From an uncultured delta proteobacterium (GTDB lineage: Bacteria; Desulfobacterota; RBG-13-43-22), in NCBI GenBank assembly GCA_963711835.1, contig CAVQFQ010000004.1, positions 224,001 through 288,000 of the forward strand: 64,000 nucleotides of DNA. The letters are read 5' to 3'. A program made the translations under genes and the position numbers. Numbering within the stretch: position 1 is the first letter of the stretch; each line of letters starts with the position of its first letter. This document shows positions 49,188 to 57,959 of the stretch, piece by piece. The notes below the pieces were generated by a model. That model had not been told where the DNA came from. It did no database searches and saw nothing but the letters and a program-made list of their open reading frames with translations.

Positions 49188-51182
49188 CTAAAAAATATAA
49201 CTCAGCCCGGCCGAAACCGCGATCCCCGGGGCCGGGTAATTCTGATCCAGAAAGCTGGTACCCGGCTGGGCGTCATACTGCTGGTTCGTCAGGTTAAACA
49301 CGGAGACCGTGGCCTGCCAATGCTTGGCAAAGAGATGGCTCAGTTTCAGGTCCACCGTGTAATACGACCCCAAGCCTTTTTCCTTCTGGCTGACCTTGGG
49401 GAAATCGTCGTAGTCGCTGTAATAGAAAACCCGATCGCCGACGTAGCGGCCCGTCAGATGACCTAAGGTCCCCCAGGGCAGGCGGTAACTCAGGGTAAGC
49501 CGGCCTGGTGCCGGGGAACAGCGGCGGCCCGCCGTTCCACCAGTTGGGTCTGATTGGTCAGGGCCTCCTGGAGTTCTTTGTTTTTCTGCTTGGCCTCCAG
49601 ATAGGTGTAGCCCAGGGAGAAGGAGAGATTGGAGACCGGGTTCCACTGCAACCCCAGTTCCCCTCCCCAGGTATTTTGTTCGTTCACATTCCGGGGCTGC
49701 CAGGTGCCGGCGGCATCCGGTATCCATTCAATCTTATCCCTGACCTCCCAACGGAAGAGGCTGAGTCTCAGGCTGCTCTTTTTATTCATCAGGTCCTGAT
49801 CCAGGCTGATTTCATACGAGGTCCCCTTTTCCGGTTTCAGCTCGGTGTTGCCGGACCCCGGCCAAAACAAGTCGTTAAAAGTGGGCGCCCTGAAGGCCTG
49901 CCCGTAATGGGCTTTAAGGCGGGTCTCTTTAAAGGGGGTGTAAACCAGACCCAGATCCGGGCTGGTTTCGGAACCGTACCGGGAGGTGCCGTCGTAGCGC
50001 AGCCCGCCGACCAGGCGCAGGGCAGGCAAAAGCTGCCAGTGATCCTGGGCAAAAAACCCCCAGATGGTATTGTCCGGCTTCCACTGAGTAGCGGTGGTCA
50101 TGGAGGTGCTCAGATCCGTGGTTATCGTCTCGGCCTCCAGATCCTCTTTCCGGTAATCCGTGCCCAGGGTCAATTTGTTATGATAGGGAAGATTCCAGCT
50201 CAGGATCAGATTTCCGCCCCAGATATTGGTCTTATAGGTAGAGCGGTCTTCGAAGGCCGATAAAAAAGCATAGCGCTGGCGGAAAGAAAGTTCCCGCCAA
50301 TCCTGATAGATCTGGCTGCTAAGCTGAATCTTTTCGTTGATGTCCCAATTCAAATTGAAATTATTATTAAACAGAGTGCTGTCCTGATGATCGAAAAGGC
50401 TGCTGACCTCGCTGTTTCCGAAAGGGGTTGGCGTCCCGGCGGCCGGTTTAGGCCCGGGGACCCCCAAACCATCCTGATGAAAGGTGGTCAACAGACTGAG
50501 GGAGAGACGTTCCAGGGCCTGATAGGATAATTTCAAGGAGCCGTCCTTGCCCTCATAGGCGGAGTTATCCCTGAACCCGTCGGAGGACTTATGGGCCCCG
50601 CTGAAAAAGTACCCGAACCGATCGATAGTCTGGCCCTGTTCAACCTGATAGGTTTGGGTATTAAAGCTGCCGTAGGAAAGACCGGCCTTAAAGGAAGGCT
50701 GGTCCGGGGCCTTTTTGGTGATGATGTTGATCACTCCCCCCACGCGCATTGGCCCCATAGAGATGGGAGGAAGGCCCTTCAACCACCTCGATCCGCTCCA
50801 CCTGTTCAATGGGAACCTCGCTCAGGTCGGCGGAGCCGAAGGTGATGGAATTAATCGGGCGCCCGTCCACCATCACCAAAACCTGGGAGGCGCTCGAACC
50901 CCGGATGCCGACCGACTGGGCCGCACCCAGAGGACCATAGCTATTGATCTCAATCCCCAAGGAGCCTTTCAAGAGTTCTCCGACATTTCTGGCCGGAGAG
51001 GCCTCTATGTCCGCCGGACCAATCACCGTAACCGTGTTGGGGACATTCTTGATTTCTTCCCTGGTGCGGGTAGCCGTCACCATGACCTCATCCAATCTTG
51101 CCGGTGCAGAATCCGTCCAGCCCGGGTTAACGCCGGTCAAGACCAGGCCCAAACCCAAAAACAATATCCATACTCTTTTCAT
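49188..51182 (-). CDS. btuB: TonB-dependent cobalamin receptor with two frameshifts (near 50745 and 49500)
   Basis: Plug motifs VMVTATRT, IRGSSASQVLVMVDG, ERIEVVEGPSSHLYG; barrel FRAPTFNDLFWP; C-terminal VFNLTNQQY...GLSYIF; riboswitch upstream. Confidence 0.87.
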
Positions 51183-51213
51183 GTTGTTCTCCTTTCCCTC
51201 GAAGGAATAGTAT

Positions 51214-51365
51214 TTTTTGCCGGCCCAGTCTCCTGACTGACAGCGCCCTACTCTCCTCGCCTTCCCATCCCGCGACTAACGGGTCAGTGGCCTGCTGGGA
51301 TTTCGTTCTGTCGACAGTTGCGGGGCAGTGCTGGTAAACCCAGACTTCCTGGTACCCGGCAAAAT
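51214..51365 (-). ncRNA. Cobalamin riboswitch upstream of btuB (compact variant)
   Basis: Minus strand: aggaa...ctgccccgcaactgt...gccactg...gggaaggc...agtcaggagactg, closed by ttttgccgg/ccggcaaaa. Confidence 0.85.
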
Positions 51366-51422
51366 TGAAAAACCTGGACAATATAGAATTCTTTTCTCTA
51401 CCTCTTCACGCCTCACCCGTCA

Positions 51423-52040
51423 CTAGTAGTAAGTGGCATTCATGAGCTTGACCACCGCGAACCGGCGGTGATATTCAATGATGTTCAGACAGGCGTAGGC
51501 CTGTTCCATGAAAAACATATTTCTAAACCGCAATCCCAGGGCCTGGGCCAGAATGATCCGGTTCACTCCGGCGTGGGCCGCCAGCAGAAACTCTTTCCCC
51601 TGCTCCTCTTCCAGGACCTTTTTAAGCCGGCGCAGGACCCGGCTCCTGAATTGGCTCCAATTTTCCCCCTCCGGAAAACGGAATTTTTTCAAGTCGGAAA
51701 AATTGACCGGTGGGGTTTCGGGATATTGCTTTTTAATCTCCGCCCAAGACTTGCCGTCCCAGACCCCCATATCCATTTCCCGAAATTCAGGATAAGGGAT
51801 GGGGGTCAGACCCCGGCCCCGGCAGAGGAGTTCGGCCGAAGTTATGGCCCGTTTCAGATCGCTGGCATAGGCCCGATCCAAAGGAAAGGACTTAAGGTGG
51901 CGGGCCAGGGCTTGCACCTGCTTTTTCCCCTGGTCACTCAACCCCCAATCGGTAAAACCCAGAAAGGTCTTCTGCCCCTGGCTGACCACTTCACCATGAC
52001 GAACCAGAAAAAGACGGGTGGGTTTTTCCGGTTCAGCCAT
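51423..52040 (-). CDS. cobC: Alpha-ribazole phosphatase (histidine phosphatase family)
   Basis: LVRHGE, SDLKRA, EMDMGVWDG, AHAGV; follows cobS. Confidence 0.8.
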   Translation of the reverse strand: MAEPEKPTRLFLVRHGEVVSQGQKTFLGFTDWGLSDQGKKQVQALARHLKSFPLDRAYASDLKRAITSAELLCRGRGLTPIPYPEFREMDMGVWDGKSWAEIKKQYPETPPVNFSDLKKFRFPEGENWSQFRSRVLRRLKKVLEEEQGKEFLLAAHAGVNRIILAQALGLRFRNMFFMEQAYACLNIIEYHRRFAVVKLMNATYY

Positions 52041-52785
52041 GGTGTGGGACCTTCAGGATATAAAGCATCCCCCAGACTTCGCTGGTTTCTATAACCGCGC
52101 CCATAATATCACCGGTAATGCCCTGCAGTTTTCTTGAAGCAAGCCAACCGCAAGCCAGGCTCCAGACAGTACAAAGAAATATTAATCCCAAGGCCCCCAC
52201 CCCGGCGATGACCAGGCCGAAACCCAGGGCCATCAACGAGGCCGCCAGGAATTCCTTTTTACCGCTGCCTTCAACCAAGGCCCGGCCCAAGCCCCCTTCC
52301 GGCCGGGCATAAGGAAAGAAAAAACCCAGGAGGACCGGGGTCCAGCGACTCACCAGAGGCAGCATGATAAGCCAGGGCATCAGGGCCGGGAAGGAAAGAA
52401 TCTCCTTTAACAAAACATATTTAAGTCCTAAAACCAAAATAAGGCCGACCAGGCCCATGGTCCCGATATGCACATCCTTCATAATACGCAGCCGTTCCTG
52501 GGGCGTTTTTCCGGCATAAAAACCATCCAGGGCATCGGCCAGGCCATCCAGATGCAAGGCCCCGGTCAAGATCACCCAAAAAGCCAATAACAATCCTACC
52601 GAGACCGAGAGGGGGAAAAGCGAATCGACCAAAAGAAAGAAACCCCAGAACAGCCCACCCAGAAGCAGTCCCACCAGAGGGTAATATCGGACCGAAGCCC
52701 CTACTTGGGTCTGGTCCGGCCGGGCAGCGGAACGGCCGGCCGGGATAATGGTTAAAAAACGTATGGCCAGCAGGAAGGCCTTCAT
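52033..52785 (-). CDS. cobS: Adenosylcobinamide-GDP ribazoletransferase
   Basis: TGALHLDGLADALDG, IMKD, GITGDIMGA. Confidence 0.93.
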   Translation of the reverse strand: MKAFLLAIRFLTIIPAGRSAARPDQTQVGASVRYYPLVGLLLGGLFWGFFLLVDSLFPLSVSVGLLLAFWVILTGALHLDGLADALDGFYAGKTPQERLRIMKDVHIGTMGLVGLILVLGLKYVLLKEILSFPALMPWLIMLPLVSRWTPVLLGFFFPYARPEGGLGRALVEGSGKKEFLAASLMALGFGLVIAGVGALGLIFLCTVWSLACGWLASRKLQGITGDIMGAVIETSEVWGMLYILKVPHHG

Positions 52786-53327
52786 TTTTTAAGGACCAGG
52801 GGGAGGCCGGCCACCATCAGGATCACCTGATCGGCGATCCGGGCTATGGCCTGGTGCAGGCGGCCGATTTCATCCCGATAAGTGCGGGCCAGGGGATATT
52901 CCGGGACAATACCCCAGCCGACTTCATTGGTTACGATTAAAAGCGGGGCCGGATACCCTTTAAGGAGTTCCAGAAAGGCCTGAATTTCCTTGGCCGGGTC
53001 GGCCGGCTGTTCCTGGCCGTGTCCGATCAGGTTATTCAGCCAGAGGGTCAGGCAATCAATAATCAGGATGGAAAATTGTCCGCGGATTTTTTGGAGTAAG
53101 GCGGCCAAGGCCAGAGGTTCTTCAAAGGTCCGGAAGGCCTGCCCTCTTTCCAGCCGATGACGACGGATTCTTTCAACCATCTCATCGTCCAGAGCCGGGG
53201 CGGTGGCCAGGTAAGCGCGAGGCGGAGGATGGTCCATGGCCCAGTTTACGGCCAAGCGGGTCTTGCCGCTTCTTACCGGGCCGGTGATCAGGGTCAGGCG
53301 GGCTTGGGGGTTGATTTGGGTATCCAA
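52782..53327 (-). CDS. cobU: Adenosylcobinamide kinase/guanylyltransferase
   Basis: GPVRSGKT, YLATA, DCLTLWL, VTNEVGWGIVP, MVAGLP. Confidence 0.93.
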   Translation of the reverse strand: MDTQINPQARLTLITGPVRSGKTRLAVNWAMDHPPPRAYLATAPALDDEMVERIRRHRLERGQAFRTFEEPLALAALLQKIRGQFSILIIDCLTLWLNNLIGHGQEQPADPAKEIQAFLELLKGYPAPLLIVTNEVGWGIVPEYPLARTYRDEIGRLHQAIARIADQVILMVAGLPLVLKK

Positions 53328-53431
53328 AAATAAAAATCCTTAAGCTCTTTTTCTGAACTTAAGGATGGCACCCAGTTTACTTGATCCATTAAGTTGAATC
53401 CCGGCGCTCCACGCACCCAGGGATCCTTTGG

Positions 53432-53613
53432 ATAAAGGCAGGTCTTCTGACTCCCCCGCCCTTCTAACGGCCTTCCCATCCCGCTTCAGCGAAACAGTGG
53501 CCCTATCAAGGTTAGAAAGGTTCCTGCTCAGTCGCGAGCAGGCGGGGTTACAGCGGCGGGACCGTGACGGCCTGAAACCGTCTTCCCTATTAAGCCCTTT
53601 ACGGCACCTTTAT
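53432..53613 (-). ncRNA. Cobalamin riboswitch upstream of cobU
   Basis: Minus strand: aaaggtgcc...ttaatagggaa...cggtcccgccgctgtaa...gccactg...gggaaggc...agtcagaagacctgcc. Confidence 0.92.
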
Positions 53614-53748
53614 AAGTCAGGAATTATACAAAAATAAATAAAGATGTCAATGAAATTCTTTTGTTTTGAAGATTCTGACTTGACTTTTATAATCGAGGGT
53701 ATAAAGTTCCGTTGAACATTCCGGAATTGCTCCCTAAGTAGGACTATC

Positions 53749-54663
53749 ATGCTCTTATTTAAACGAAACTTGGCCGGCTTCATTTTTATATCCCTCCTTC
53801 TTCTTCCCTGGATCGGCTGGGCCGGCGGGGCCTATCCCTATCGATTTCCCGATCCGAAAATGAGATTCGATCCCAATGCCAACACCGTCATCGGCCTGCC
53901 CGGCGAGTATATCATCAAAGAAAAGGATACCCTTTTGGATGTGGCCCGGGATCACGGCCTGGGATTCAATGAACTGGAGATCTTGTACCCCGAATTGGAT
54001 CCCTGGGTCCCCCCCCGGGGAATGAAATTAATTATCCCCAGCCAGTGGGTCCTACCCCCAACCCAGAAGTACGGAATCGTCATCAATATCCCGGAAATGC
54101 GGCTTTATTATTTTTTTAAATCCATCCGGATGGTTCGGACGTATCCGATCGGCATCGGAGATCTGGGCTGGTTTAGCCCGGAGGGGACCTTCTGGGTTGC
54201 CGAAAAACGCCCCAAACCAACCTGGTACATCCCCGAATCCCTCCAGGAAAAATACGGGATGAAGCAAATGGCTCCGGGTCCGGATAACCCGCTGGGCGAT
54301 TATTGGCTGGGATTGTCGATCTCGGGCTACGGGGTCCACGGGACCAATTTCCCCTGGGCTGTAGGCCGGTTGGTTACCCACGGCTGTATCCGGCTTTATC
54401 CGGAGGACATCGCCAAACTATTTCCCATGGTAGCGGTTAAAACCCCGGTTGAAATGATCTATGAACCGGTAAAATTAGGCCTCCAGCACGGCCGGCTCTT
54501 CGTGGAGGTCCATCCGGATATCTATGGAAAGATACCCGATTTCCTGGAGTACGGATTGACCAAGATCCAGGCCTCGGGTTGGGCAGCCAGGGCGGACCGG
54601 GACCTTTTCTTAAAGGCCCTGGAGGAAAAAAAAGGCCTCCCGATAGACATAACCGAAGATTAG
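53749..54663 (+). CDS. L,D-transpeptidase (ErfK/YbiS family)
   Basis: LysM-like DTLLDVAR, INIPEMRLYY, PGPDNPLG, HGTN...THGCIRL. Confidence 0.92.
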   Translation: MLLFKRNLAGFIFISLLLLPWIGWAGGAYPYRFPDPKMRFDPNANTVIGLPGEYIIKEKDTLLDVARDHGLGFNELEILYPELDPWVPPRGMKLIIPSQWVLPPTQKYGIVINIPEMRLYYFFKSIRMVRTYPIGIGDLGWFSPEGTFWVAEKRPKPTWYIPESLQEKYGMKQMAPGPDNPLGDYWLGLSISGYGVHGTNFPWAVGRLVTHGCIRLYPEDIAKLFPMVAVKTPVEMIYEPVKLGLQHGRLFVEVHPDIYGKIPDFLEYGLTKIQASGWAARADRDLFLKALEEKKGLPIDITED

Positions 54664-54727
54664 TTTTTGGGATAATCCCAAAGTTACGTGATTCTCAAAC
54701 CGAAGGGGTAGCGCCTTAAAATATTAA

Positions 54728-55017
54728 ATCACCCCAAAGGGCTTCAGGGGTCTTGATTTTAAGGATTGTCCGCCAAAACGCCGGCAGCCTGAACCCGGGC
54801 AGGAAGTTTATAATGGGGTTTAGAAGCAGGCCAACACCAAAGTCCCGCCTTCGGCGGGATGAATGCCCGGCTCCCAACCAACTTAGTCCGCCGCGGCGGA
54901 CGGGCCGGGTTCTTCGCATCCAAAACAATGCTCAGTCCCACTCCTGCGGAGTGGATCCCTGTTTGGGGCTCCGGATACCCTTGCGGACAACCTTGAAATC
55001 AAGACCCCTGAAGCCCT
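54728..55017. mobile_element. Family B inverted-repeat element, copy B1 (related to family A)
   Basis: 35-36 bp inverted repeats at 54738-54773 and 54983-55017; its first 100 bp or so are nearly identical to 63898-64000. Confidence 0.85.
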
Positions 55018-55180
55018 CGACGAATGGAGTGCTTAAAATTCACGTAACCTTGGGACAAACTCTAGTTTTTTTTCTTGACAAAGCGGGTTTTTTGTCTTTT
55101 ATTAATTAGGATTAGTTTTAGATACATGTTATAATAATTTATAGAGATTTTTTGTATTTTAGGAGAGGAGGTGAATAAGG

Positions 55181-55543
55181 ATGATCCGAAAGGGATTGGC
55201 TTTAAAAACCGTTTTACTTGTGTCGTTAGTTTTTGCGATGTTTGCTTTTACAACAGGCTGTGGCTGTTTCATAGAGGCTACCGCCGAACCTCCTAAGGCT
55301 GCACCGGCTCCTGCACCTGTGGTACAAGCAGCTCCCGCCCCTGTGGTGGATTGCAGCTCCTGCGAGTCTATCGTCAAACGAGCCGAGGCTGCCGCCAGCA
55401 TGGCTGAGGCCTCTGCCAAGAAGGCCGAATTAGCCGCTCAGAAGGCCGAAGCCGCCGCCGGCAGAGCCGAAAAAGCCGCTGAAAAGGCCGAGGCCGCCGC
55501 TAACAAAGCCGAGGCGATTTTTATGAAAAAAATGAAAAAGTAA
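55181..55543 (+). CDS. Alanine-zipper lipoprotein (Lpp/OprI-like)
   Basis: Lipobox TTGC, Ala-rich heptads, C-terminal IFMKKMKK; RBS gaggtg; adjacent to the L,D-transpeptidase. Confidence 0.8.
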   Translation: MIRKGLALKTVLLVSLVFAMFAFTTGCGCFIEATAEPPKAAPAPAPVVQAAPAPVVDCSSCESIVKRAEAAASMAEASAKKAELAAQKAEAAAGRAEKAAEKAEAAANKAEAIFMKKMKK

Positions 55544-55559
55544 CTGTTTTACGAAAACA

Positions 55560-55600
55560 AAAAGGCCGACAGGAAGAAACTCTGTCGGCCTTTTTGTTTT
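55560..55600 (+). terminator. Rho-independent terminator
   Basis: aaaaggccgacag-gaagaaact-ctgtcggcctttttgtttt. Confidence 0.8.
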
Positions 55601-55711
55601 CCGGGCCGGGAAACAGCTTCCAGCCCCTGGTGGCCCCTTTATCCGGTTTGACCCTGAGAGCAGGGAATGATAGAATAAGAAGTTGAGGATTGATGCTGCT
55701 CATCCGGATAT

Positions 55712-57625
55712 ATGAATTTAATTTTGGAGACTATTCTGAAAGACCTTTATGATGTCATCGTCGTCGGGGCCGGCCATGCCGGCTGTGAAGCCGCCCTGGC
55801 CGCATCGAGGATGGGCTGCTCGACACTGCTGCTGACCATAAACGTGGACCATATCGGGGCCCTGTCCTGCAATCCGGCTGTCGGAGGCCTGGCCAAAGGG
55901 CACCTGGTAAAGGAAATTGATGCCCTGGGCGGAGAAATGGCCAAAAATATTGATGCCGCCGGGATTCAATTTCGCCGCTTAAATACCCAGAAAGGCCCGG
56001 CGGTCTGGTCTTCCCGGGCCCAGGCCGACATGGAGGACTACAAACAAAGACTGCGCTGGGTGATTGAAAATCAGCCCGGTCTGGACCTCAAACAGGGAAT
56101 GGTTGAATCCCTCTGGGTGGAAAATGGCCGGATCAAGGGACTGCGCACTGATTTAGGCCTCACCTTCCAGGCCAGGACCGTAATCCTGACCACCGGCACC
56201 TTCCTCCGGGGGTTGATTCACATCGGTTTCAACCAGTTCCCGGCCGGCAGGCTGGGCGACCCAGCCTCCCAAAATCTTTCCGAAGCCCTGAGGACCTTGG
56301 GCTTGGAACTGGGCCGGCTTAAGACCGGGACCACCCCTCGTTTGCAGGGCAAAACCATTGATTTTCAATCCCTGGGAGTTCAGGGAGGCGATGAGCCCCC
56401 GGTCCCCTTTTCCTTTTCTACCGAAAGCCTTTCTTTGCGCCAGGTGCCTTGCTACATCACCTATACCCAGACCCGAACCCATGAACTGATTCGAGCCAAT
56501 CTGGACCGCTCGCCCCTTTACAGCGGCCGGATTAAGGGTACCGGGGCACGCTACTGCCCATCCATCGAAGACAAAATAGTCCGCTTTCCCGACAAGGTCC
56601 GGCATCAAATATTCCTCGAGCCGGAAGGCCGCCGGACAACGGAGTACTATCCCAACGGCATCCCAACCAGCCTGCCGGTGGATGTCCAGTTGGCCATGCT
56701 TCGTTCCATCCCCGGATTGGAACAGGTGGAAATGGTCCGGCCCGGTTATGCCATCGAGTACGACTACGTCTTCCCCACCCAGTTGAAACCGACCCTTGAA
56801 GTCAAGGGCCTGTCTGGACTCTATCTGGCCGGCCAGATAAACGGGACCTCGGGTTACGAGGAGGCAGCCGCTCAAGGTCTGATGGCCGGTATCAATGCCG
56901 CCTTATGGATTCGGGAAAGGTCTCCACTTATCTTAAGGCGATCCCAGGCCTATATCGGGGTCCTGATCGATGACCTCATTACCAAAGGGACCAAAGAACC
57001 TTACCGGATGTTCACCTCCCGGGCCGAATACCGTCTCCTGCTCCGGGAGGACAATGCCGATCTTCGCCTAACCGATCTGGGCCGCAACCTTGGTCTGATC
57101 GAAGAGGAGCGCTACGAAAAATTCAGCCGAAAGAAGGAGCAGCTCCGGAAAGGCTGGGAACTTATCAGCCAAGTCACGGTCTCACCAACACCCGAACATA
57201 ACGGCCTTCTGCAAGGCTTGGGGAGTCAGCCGCTCCGCAAACCGGCCTCTCTCAAGGAACTACTCAGACGCCCGGAGTTGCACTGGGAGGCCTTATTTCC
57301 TTTTTATCCCGAGCTGGACCGGATCGAATCCAAGGTAGCCGAGCAACTGGCCATCCAGGCCAAATATGAAGGTTATCTGCAGCGGCAGGAAGAACAGGTG
57401 CAACGCGCCGAAAAAAATGAACAGCTTCTTATCCCCTGCGATCTGGACTATCAAGGTCTTTCCGGTCTATCGAACGAGATCAAAGAAAAACTGCAGACCA
57501 TTCGCCCCCTTTCCCTGGGACAGGCGGCCCGCATTGCCGGGGTGACCCCGGCCGCTATGGCCATCCTTCAGATTCATATAAAAAAATGGAAGGGCCGGGC
57601 GCCCTCAACCACCAGCCAAGGATGA
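55712..57625 (+). CDS. mnmG: tRNA uridine 5-carboxymethylaminomethyl modification enzyme
   Basis: [60 protein letters not shown]. Confidence 0.97.
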   Translation: MNLILETILKDLYDVIVVGAGHAGCEAALAASRMGCSTLLLTINVDHIGALSCNPAVGGLAKGHLVKEIDALGGEMAKNIDAAGIQFRRLNTQKGPAVWSSRAQADMEDYKQRLRWVIENQPGLDLKQGMVESLWVENGRIKGLRTDLGLTFQARTVILTTGTFLRGLIHIGFNQFPAGRLGDPASQNLSEALRTLGLELGRLKTGTTPRLQGKTIDFQSLGVQGGDEPPVPFSFSTESLSLRQVPCYITYTQTRTHELIRANLDRSPLYSGRIKGTGARYCPSIEDKIVRFPDKVRHQIFLEPEGRRTTEYYPNGIPTSLPVDVQLAMLRSIPGLEQVEMVRPGYAIEYDYVFPTQLKPTLEVKGLSGLYLAGQINGTSGYEEAAAQGLMAGINAALWIRERSPLILRRSQAYIGVLIDDLITKGTKEPYRMFTSRAEYRLLLREDNADLRLTDLGRNLGLIEEERYEKFSRKKEQLRKGWELISQVTVSPTPEHNGLLQGLGSQPLRKPASLKELLRRPELHWEALFPFYPELDRIESKVAEQLAIQAKYEGYLQRQEEQVQRAEKNEQLLIPCDLDYQGLSGLSNEIKEKLQTIRPLSLGQAARIAGVTPAAMAILQIHIKKWKGRAPSTTSQG

Positions 57626-57694
57626 CAGCTTGGCAAGCGGTTATCTTCAACAAACCGGGAAACCCTGAACAAGGATATTTCAATTTTTTTCCCA

Positions 57695-57780
57695 AGTCTT
57701 GAAGAAATGGTGTTGGGGGGTCCCCCCCAAACACCTGGTTTTGAAAAATTAGAGATAAATTCTCAGACTAAGAGATGAAA
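57695..57780 (-). repeat. Core-less family A element (A0)
   Basis: The reverse complement tttcatctcttagtctgagaatttatctctaatttttcaaaaccaggtgtttgggggggaccccccaacaccatttcttcaagact matches the A2 leader and trailer with no core. Confidence 0.8.
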
Positions 57781-57800
57781 GGATCTGAACAGGAAACTAT

Positions 57801-57829
57801 TTGACAACCTCCCTAATTTATTCTATGTT
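57801..57829 (+). promoter_or_regulatory. Sigma70-type promoter
   Basis: TTGACA-17-TATGTT upstream of the flavin oxidoreductase. Confidence 0.5.
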
Positions 57830-57959
57830 TAACTCTCTAACCCGTTGGCATCGTTCAAAAGTTTGGGCATTATATTTCTGCTACCCGATGGAAGGGGACC
57901 GGAGGTCTCGCTTCCGTGTGCGCATTCAAGCAACCGTTTCTTAAGAGGCTCTCAGAAAC

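Noticed and set aside
54716-55109. ORFs across the repeat elements (also 6439-6672, 48024-48533)
   Set aside because: No transposase motifs, and the frames are not conserved between copies
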